A program made the translations under genes and the position numbers. The notes below the pieces were generated by a model that was given only the letters and a program-made list of their open reading frames with translations, was not told the origin of the DNA and ran no database searches. A stretch of DNA of 64,000 nucleotides, taken from contig NC_043023.1 of assembly GCF_006345805.1 (NCBI RefSeq), positions 12,090,001 to 12,154,000 of the forward strand, in the 5' to 3' direction. The stretch is from Octopus sinensis. Taxonomy: Eukaryota. Of this stretch, positions 55,751-64,000 are shown piece after piece; the stretch's first letter is position 1, and every line of letters begins with the position of its first letter.

Positions 55751-56844
55751 ATATATATATACCATGTGATCGACCAGACCATCAGATGTGTCGCTACAAA
55801 TCGCTGGTCTGCTTGCACATTCGTCGTCACTGCCTGATTTGTCTCTTTCGGGTTATTTTTTATGTTTAGCCCTGAGACAGTCCAAGGGGACACGACCAGA
55901 CTGCTACAGTGTGGGGTAATCCTTGACAACAGGGGTCCCGGTGCGCGCATCCGCGTGCTGAGCCGTGACGAGTCGAGCCTTACTTTATGTTTTGTGTTTT
56001 ATTTACTTTGTTTAAAATTATTTTGTGTAAAAAAATTATTGGATCTTTTCGGTTTGAACGGCAGTTTTTAAAAATAATTTTTATCTAACTTAAACACTTC
56101 TAAACTTCGTATACTGGTAGAATGAGTTTATAAAACATCTTTTTCTTGGCTTTATTGAGAAATTTCTGTAGTTTTGTAACATATTTGTTGTTTAATTTCG
56201 GCAATTTCAACCAATCAAAGACGTCTATTGAGGTGAAAACGATTTCTGCCGTAACATCTACAGGCGGCGTCATATGAAAATGTCCCTTTTATGAGAAAAA
56301 ACGATACCCTGTGACCATAAACTGAGGGGTCTCTCGTAAACAGAGCTGGATAACAAAACAGTTCCCTTTTTAGTGTCCACCCATAATTATGTCCCTAATA
56401 TCGATCTATTGCATTTCAATCTCTTTTAGGGTTAGGGTTGGGGGGAAGGGTATCGTTTTTTTCTTCAGAAATCGTTTTCACCGCAACAGACGTCATTGAT
56501 TGGTTGAAATTCCCGAAATGCAAGAAATATATTAATGTAGTTTCTTCAATCGGTTTCCTCTCATTTTACTAATTAATTATGCCACATTACATTCATTTTT
56601 ACCAAACTAATTTACTTTATATCACATGTAACAGTCGGTCACAGTATTTTATAAACAACAAATCAACATTTCAGTTTGGAATTTGTTACTTAAGACGAAC
56701 AAATATATTTTCCTAATTATTGTCAGGTGCCCGCTTGGAAAAATAATTACTGTAACATCGAGAGGTTCACAGAATTCTATTATTTACCTTATTATTAGTA
56801 GTATTATCAACACTATTACAGCCTTAAAGCAAATCTTTGTCAAC

Positions 56845-57035
56845 TTACCGTATTCACAAATAAACAGTGACTCAGTGATCGGTAATTAACCTCCCTAATT
56901 AACTTCCCTAATTAGCTATTTTGGTCTCGTGGTTGATGTGGTGTAGAAGTTGTTTCCCCTTGATATGATTGTATTTCCTTAATTCTCCAATAGAGAGCGC
57001 TACTGACTTGTTGGATTCGTTCCGGTGTTTTTTTA
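56845..57035 (-). promoter_or_regulatory. Upstream module and candidate exon 1 of gene 6
   Basis: The minus strand reads CACCGGAACG...CTATTGGAGAATT...GTGAATACG|GTAAGTTGAC, homologous to 6515-6691. Confidence 0.6.
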
Positions 57036-60000
57036 CTTGTCCCTTTCTGTGAATAAATCCATCTTCAAGTTTTTTAAAAATACTTAGATTATTTTAACGA
57101 AGTTTACTTGTATATTCTAGGATCTTTTCGGTTTGACCGGCAGTTTTTTAAAATAATTTCCACGTAACTAAACACTTTTAAACTTCGTATACTTGGCTTT
57201 ATTGAGAAAATTCTATAGTTTGTAAGATATTTGTTGTTTTTTTCTTCAATTTCTGCAATTTCAACCAATCAATGACGTCTATTGATGTGAAAACATTCTG
57301 TGCTGTGTGAATATGCCCTCGTTTAAGAAAACAGATTGTTTTTATTTACATTTCTGAAGAAAAAAGATACCCTTCCTCCCCCAACCCTAACCCTAAACAT
57401 TGAAATGCAATAGATCGATACTAGGGTCATAAGTATGGGTGACAATTTCATATGACACCGCTAGAAGAAAACACTCACTGCTGTTAGGTTCCTGTCTATA
57501 GTCCGTCTGTTATAAATTTATGGCCAGTGCCTTACACAAGCATTCAGGGTCTTCACCCACACCTCGTCTTCGAACTGTACAGACACCATGCTGAGATACC
57601 TCCCATTTCACTAGAATATGGCTCTTTTCGAGGCAGAAGCTTCGGTTTGCCCTAACCTGGACGGTAGGCAGGACCGTTAGCACGCTGGGCGAAATACGTA
57701 GCGTTATTTCGTCTGTCGTTACGTTCTGAGTTCAAATTCCGCCGAGGTCGACTTTGCCTTTCATCCTTTCGGGATCGATAAATTAAGTACCGGTTACGCA
57801 CTGGGGTCGATGTAATCGACTTAATACCTATGTCTGTCGTTGTTTGTCTTCTCTATGTTTAGCCCCTTGTGGGTTATAAAGAAATAGGTATGTTGTACCA
57901 GAAGACTACCTCCATTGTCCTCTGGCAATTTCGGCAGCACTCTCCGCTCTGACCTCTCTCCATATAGCCATATGCTCTGGACCACAGTCGACCATTGAGG
58001 GGTATACATTTTCCCAATAGTTCATGATGTCAATGGCTACCCCATTCCGGCCCCTTCCACCCAAATCATTCCTGTTTTGTGTGCAGGGTTGACGGATTAG
58101 CATCTGTTGCAATTCCACACTACCTATGAACGCTCTCTCTCTAGTGACATTGGAGCTGAAAACCACGTCTTGTTGAGCCCTCATATTGTGCATGATATAC
58201 GGCCTCGATCCTCAGCCTTCCAGCCGACAAGCTGCATCTACGTGCTGGTGATACGTAAAAAGAACCACCCGAACGTGGAAGATGTCAGCACCGCCCGACT
58301 AGCGTCCGTGTTGCTCGGGCTTATTTTCTTTTCGACCCTTTAGAATTGAAATTTTTGAAAAGTAAAAATTTTGCACAATGCAGTTTGTTATTCTCTTAAG
58401 TGAACATTTTTCTGGTAAATACACCGCAAAATGATGACACAGGAGTCAAAAAATCGTAAAAAACAGGGATTTTCAGAGAAAAAGCACATTTTTAATGTAA
58501 ATAATTTTGGTCTTAACATGGTCTGATTAGAATTTTTTTATTCTTCTATCATATCTCAATTTTGGTCAACTTGCACCGCAGGGTCTCGGGGGAGATAGTG
58601 TTAGTTGAAGGCTACCAACCTGCCATACACAAACAACTTCAGCTTTATATATATAATGAGAATTATATGTATATATATCATCATCATCATCATCATCGTT
58701 TAACGTCCGCTTTCCATGCTAGCATGGGTTGGACGGTTCAACTGGGGTCTGGCAAGCCCGAAGGCTGCACCAGGCCAGTCAGATCTGGCAGTGTTTCTAC
58801 AGCTGGATGCCCTTCCTAACGCCAACCACTCCGAGAGTGTAGTGGGTGATTTTATGTGCCACCGACACAGGTGCCAGACAGGTGGCAGACGGCCACGCTC
58901 GGATGGTGTTTTTTATGTGCCACCGACACAGGTGCCAGACGAGGCTGGCAGGCGGCCACGCTCGGATGGTGTGTTTTCTTATGTGCCACCGACATATATA
59001 TATATTTCTCTTTTTTTTTTTGCATCTCTCTTCCTTGCCTAAACACTCTAAGGCCACGAAGTTCGTTTGCTTGGTGGGAGGCGATTTAGTCTACTCTACT
59101 GCAGATCACACAACGTCGCCACCACAAACATAAATATCTTCATTGTTTAATTCCTGAGCAAATGTCAAGTTATCTATTTAATAGCTTCTCCCATTTTCCG
59201 TCGCCAATGTTCAAATAACTTTCCACCCATCACACGAATTCAGTACCAGAGGAACTGTTTTTACTGCCCAGCCACGATGTGTTAAAACAATTTCTTTGTC
59301 TTCTTATCATTTATACATATATATATATGTATATTGACTGAGGTCTGGCAAACCTGACTCCAATCTGATCTGGCAGAGTTTCTACAGCTGGTTGGCGTTA
59401 GGAAGGGCATCCAGCTGTAGAAACTCTGCCAGATATCAGATTGGAGTCTGGTTTGCCAGACCTCAGTCAAATCGTCCAACCCATGCTAGCATGGAAAGTG
59501 GGCGTTAAATGATGATGATGATTTGGTAGATTAACGGTAATTAAAAGTTTCCATGACTACATTTCTGATGAGGTAGATTACGATAATAATACTTTTTAGA
59601 TGGTATAGATTACGATTACATACGAATTTGTTGTCACAATTTTTTTCGGAGAAGTTGGAGTCCTGAAGAATTTCGGGTAAATTCTGATATTTTCATAAAG
59701 AAAAACAAAAAAACTCAGATTTTTTTACATGGAATCAAGTACCCTGACCGCGCAATGTGCTGCAAACTCCTTATTTTTGCTTGGAAAAAGTGGGGCGCCC
59801 CACCCCCTCGGTATCATTGGAATTCTATATTTTTTTTCATTGGATGATGATGATGATGATGATATGTCTATTTTATATAAAACTCAACTTGTGTGTCTGT
59901 GTGGTTAACTTCCCGGCACAGCTCCTCCTAGCCAACAAATCGTAGAACCACCAATAATGGGTCACTTAAAGTTTAGGCGAATGAAAATTGAACTGCACTA

Positions 60001-61400
60001 TTTCTGTTCCGAAATTCATCTCGCAAGTGCAATAATCGATAATGTGTTCATTTAGGCCTTATCCCATGCATTGAATAGTGAACTTTACTCAGTCAGCAGT
60101 TTGGCGTGAACTGATTTCACTACGCTTGCAAGCATGAAAAATAAAAAATCAAGATATAAACACGAATCGCCGTAAACATTGTAGAAATTCAGCAAAGAAA
60201 TGAATTTTCCGGATGCAGCCTGGAGGGTTTTTTTCGTATTAATCGTTTGGACTTAGTGAACACATACCAATTGTTTTCATAACATTTTAACGCTTTGAAT
60301 TAAATGCGACCATTTTGCGTTGAGTCTGCAGTTTGAATCACTTTGACCAATTTTAGCAGGCCGGATTTTTGATCATCACGATACATCACCAGTGACTCCC
60401 TGAAACTCCCCTGTAATCCCTGTTGAGAAATCTCTATATAAAACACAACTTGTGTGTCTGTGTGTTTAACTTTTAGATCTACCAAGTTTCATTATTAAGG
60501 ATGGAAAGTAGTGTGTTGCAAATCTATATATACGAAGCTGAAGTTGTCTGTGTGTGGAAGTTTTGGTAGCCTTCAACAAACACTATCTCCTTCAAGACCC
60601 TGCAGCGCAAGTTGACCAAAATTGAGAGTATGATAGGAGAAGGCTTGCTCTTCATTCTATAGGAGATAAAATTCAAATCAGACCAGGTTAACACCAAAAA
60701 TTATTTACATTAATAAGGTGGTTTTTTTCTATGAAAATCCCTATTTTTTACAATTTTTGACTGCTGTGTCACCATTTTTTCGGTGTATTTCAACTGGAAA
60801 AATGTTCACTTAAAGAGAATAACAAGTTGCATAATGCAAAATTTTACTTTTCAAAAATTCCAATTCTGAAGGGTCGATACACACCCAAGCAACACCGGGT
60901 GATACTGCATGTAATATATATATATATACATACATACACACATATATATATGTGTGTGTGTGTGCATATATGCACACAAATATTTGAAGCACACAGCATA
61001 AACTGTATTAGGAGAATACACCCAAAGAAACCCAAACAAATTAGACTGGAACCTAGTGCAGCATTACGGTTTGCCAGCTCATGTCACACTGTGCCACCCA
61101 TGCCAGCAAAAAAGGAAATTTCATTAAAGATTGATGATGATAACAGCGACAATGATGAAAACACATAGACAAAATCAATAAAAATAGCCCTGTCTTTCAA
61201 GCAGGAAAAAATAGCCATAAAAGTTGTAATAAAGATAATAGAATGGTTGCACTTTTGTTGTGAATACTCAACGTGTACTTAAATGGCGTTTTTGAGAGAA
61301 TGATTTACCATAGATATCACAATGATATTGTTTTTCCCCAGTATGAATATGCTTATAATTAGTGAAGTCACCATTGTATGAGAATGATTTACCACAGATA

Positions 61401-62879
61401 TCACAATGATATGGTTTCTAACCTGCACTGGTGTTTAGTTAGGACACCTCTTTGAGAGAATGATTTACCACAGATATTACAACGATATGGCTTCTCTCCT
61501 GTATGAACACGCTTGTGGTTAGTCAAGTGACTATTACAAGAAAATGATTTGCCACAGATATCACAACGATATGGCTTCTCTCCTGCATGAATACGTTTAT
61601 GGACAGTCAAGTGACTTCTCCAAGAGAATGATTTACCACAAATATCACAATGATATGGTTTCTCCCCAGTATGAATACGTTTATGTTGAGTTAAATTGCT
61701 ATTAGCAGAAAATGATACACCGCAGATATTACAACGATATGGCTTCTCTCCTGTATGTGTACGCTTGTGAATGGTCAAGCAACTTCTTTCAGAGAATGAT
61801 TTACCACAGATATCACAATGATACGGTTTCTCCCCATTATGCATGCGTTTATGTCTACACAATTGACCAGTGTAAGAGAATGATTTACCACAAGTATTAC
61901 AATGATAGGGTTTTTCCCCAGTATGAACACGCTTGTGTTTACTCAAGCTACCACTTTCAATGAATGATTTACCACAGATATCACAATGAAATGGCTTCTC
62001 TCCTGTATGAATACGTTTGTGAATAGAGAAGTAACTTTTGTTAGAGAATGCTTCACCACAGATATTACAATGAAATGGCTTCTCACCCGTATGAATACGT
62101 TTATGTTGAATTAAAGTGCCACTACGAGAGAAGGATTTACCACAGATATCACAATGATGAGGTTTCTCTCCTGTATGTGTGAATGTGTGTTTAGTCAAGG
62201 CAATCCTTTGAGAGAATGATCTACCACAGATATCACAATGAAATGGCTTTTCCCCAGTATGAATACGTTTATGTTTAGTCAAGTCACTATTACAAGAAAA
62301 TGATTTACCACAGATATCACAATGAAATGGCTTCTCTCCTGTATGAATACGTTTGTGAATAGAGAAGTGACTTATTTGAGAGAATGATTCACCACATATA
62401 TCACAATGATATGGTTTTTCCCCTGTATGAATACGTTTATGATCAGTCAATTGACTATTACAAGAAAATGATTTACCGCAGATATTACAATGAAATGGCT
62501 TCTCTCCTGTATGAATACGTTTATGTTGATTTAAAGTGCTATTCCAAGAAAATGATTTGCCACAGATATCACAATGATATGGTTTCTCTCCTGTGTGAAC
62601 ACGCTGGTGTTTATTTAAGCCATTACTTTGAGAGAATGTTTTACCACAGATATTACAATGATACGGTTTTTCCCCTGTATGAATATGTTTATGATCAGAC
62701 AAGTGACCTCTTCGAGAGAATGTTTTACTACAGATATCACAATGATATGGTCTTTCCCCAGTATGAAGATGTTTATGACTAGTCAATTCACTATTACAAG
62801 AACATGATTTTCCACAGACATCACAGAAATATGGTTTCTCTCTTGTATCAGAGTTTTTAGGTTCAGTTAAATTATTCAT
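61401..62879 (-). CDS. C2H2 ZNF gene 7, 17 fingers (last one atypical)
   Basis: Intact 492-aa ORF starting [17 protein letters not shown]. Acceptor at 63281. Frameshifted vestigial fingers continue to about 61250. Confidence 0.92.
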   Translation of the reverse strand: MNNLTEPKNSDTREKPYFCDVCGKSCSCNSELTSHKHLHTGERPYHCDICSKTFSRRGHLSDHKHIHTGEKPYHCNICGKTFSQSNGLNKHQRVHTGEKPYHCDICGKSFSWNSTLNQHKRIHTGEKPFHCNICGKSFSCNSQLTDHKRIHTGEKPYHCDICGESFSQISHFSIHKRIHTGEKPFHCDICGKSFSCNSDLTKHKRIHTGEKPFHCDICGRSFSQRIALTKHTFTHTGEKPHHCDICGKSFSRSGTLIQHKRIHTGEKPFHCNICGEAFSNKSYFSIHKRIHTGEKPFHCDICGKSFIESGSLSKHKRVHTGEKPYHCNTCGKSFSYTGQLCRHKRMHNGEKPYHCDICGKSFSERSCLTIHKRTHTGEKPYRCNICGVSFSANSNLTQHKRIHTGEKPYHCDICGKSFSWRSHLTVHKRIHAGEKPYRCDICGKSFSCNSHLTNHKRVHTGEKPYRCNICGKSFSQRGVLTKHQCRLETISL

Positions 62880-64000
62880 ATGACAGGATAATTTGTCATA
62901 TATATCACAATAATATGTTTTTTTCTTTCTATGAATATGTTTGTGTCCATTTGCATAACTTTTTTCAGAGAATAATTTAATGTTAATCTTTCTTTCATGT
63001 GTGATCTTACTTAATACCTAAATCAACAGGTGAAAACTGTCAACTCATTGGTAAAGTTATCCAAACTTGTAAAGCAATCACCTCCTCTACATTCCAGACA
63101 GTGAAGACAAGAAAATATTTCGCCGTTATAGGTCATAGATTATATTATATAGAAGCGTTGATGTATAGATGAATGCTCCTTATAAATATATTGTCTTCCT
63201 TTAGTTGATGAAAGTTGATAAAAATATCAGAGGCACATCTGAACAAAGTAATTTGTTTTATGTCAACATGATGTGATATTCTGAAATAGAAAAAGAAACA
63301 GTAAGATAAAGAGGATAGTTAAGTGACATAGTAATTCAACATTGTAAATATTACAACATGACCACTGTCAGCCATTTAATGTCAATGTTTACAGGGGTCA
63401 GAGTTCATTGAGGCATTGAAACATTGGTATACCCACACAAGTTTACTACACACTTCACTTCTACCTTTCAGAAAAATGTTTGATTTAAGACTTCATGTTG
63501 CTGACCGGAATTCCCTTCTCTGGACCAGCTCGCTAGCTATCCAGCAGTGAAGGTCCCGGTCTTCATGTTGTCTGCGATGCGCCCATGGGCAGTGCCCTAC
63601 ACATCATTAGGATTTTTTTGCTTTGACCGGCAGCTTTTGAAAATAATTTCTATGTAAGCAAAAAATTTTAAACTTCGTATACTGGTAGAATGTGTTTATA
63701 AAACATCTTTTCTCTTTGGCTCTTTTGAGAAAATTTTGTAGTTTGTAACATATTTGTTGTTTAATTTGTTGCATTTCGGCAATTTCAACCAATCAAAGAC
63801 GTCTGTTGAGGTGAAAACGATTTCTGCCGTAAAATTTACTGGTGGCGTCATATGAAAATGTCCCTGTTTTTTATGAGAAAAAAGATACCCTATGGTTATA
63901 AACTGAGGGTTCACTCGTAAACAGAGCTGGATAACAAAACCGTTCCCTTTTTAGCGTCCACCCATAATTCTGACCCTAATGTCGATCTATTGCATTTCAA

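Noticed and set aside
57906-58193. 95-aa minus-strand ORF with GGRG, possibly a non-LTR fragment
   Set aside because: No convincing RT or endonuclease motif by eye; it would need a tBLASTx or HMM hit.
63440-63600. GC-richer stretch with CCGGAA and a possible AAG|GTAGAA donor as gene 7 exon 1
   Set aside because: Weak donor, single occurrence and no homology to the other promoter modules; too uncertain to annotate.

Overview
This is AT-rich eukaryotic DNA, most consistent with an octopus (coleoid cephalopod) genome. That assignment is inferred from the tandem C2H2 zinc-finger cluster and the SINE types; no database search was possible. The window is a C2H2-ZNF gene cluster with seven loci. 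Four ORFs are intact: 10885-12381 (+, 17 fingers), 36391-37383 (+, 11 fingers), 46422-48590 (+, 25 fingers) and 61401-62879 (-, 17 fingers). One 500-codon ORF has no ATG (17625-19130, +). Two copies are disrupted (2145-3525 and 52413-53320, both -), and there are four 3' finger fragments. The loci share a common layout: a candidate non-coding first exon (most often ending in a GAATACG|GTAA donor), a TTTCAG acceptor, about 430 nt of 5' UTR, a short MNNLT leader and a pure finger array with no effector domain. Each ends in a conserved ~280-bp 3' module with a poly(A) signal. The centre (about 19.1-50.8 kb) is a three-unit, ~10-kb tandem array. Units 2 and 3 are almost identical except for finger number (11 vs 25). 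Unit 1 is indel-rich and chimeric and may be an assembly artefact. The rest is tRNA-derived SINEs, RTE-type retroposons, a CR1-like LINE fragment, GGATC-ended MITEs and foldbacks, Helentron/HINE-like elements, hairpins and microsatellites. I found no rRNA, true tRNA or CRISPR. The most interesting signals are the conserved 3' module, which is open on both strands in one codon register; finger-array contraction between recent duplicates; MITE-anchored duplication breakpoints; an orphaned promoter pointing antisense into ZNF tails; and long hairpins that could be ADAR substrates.
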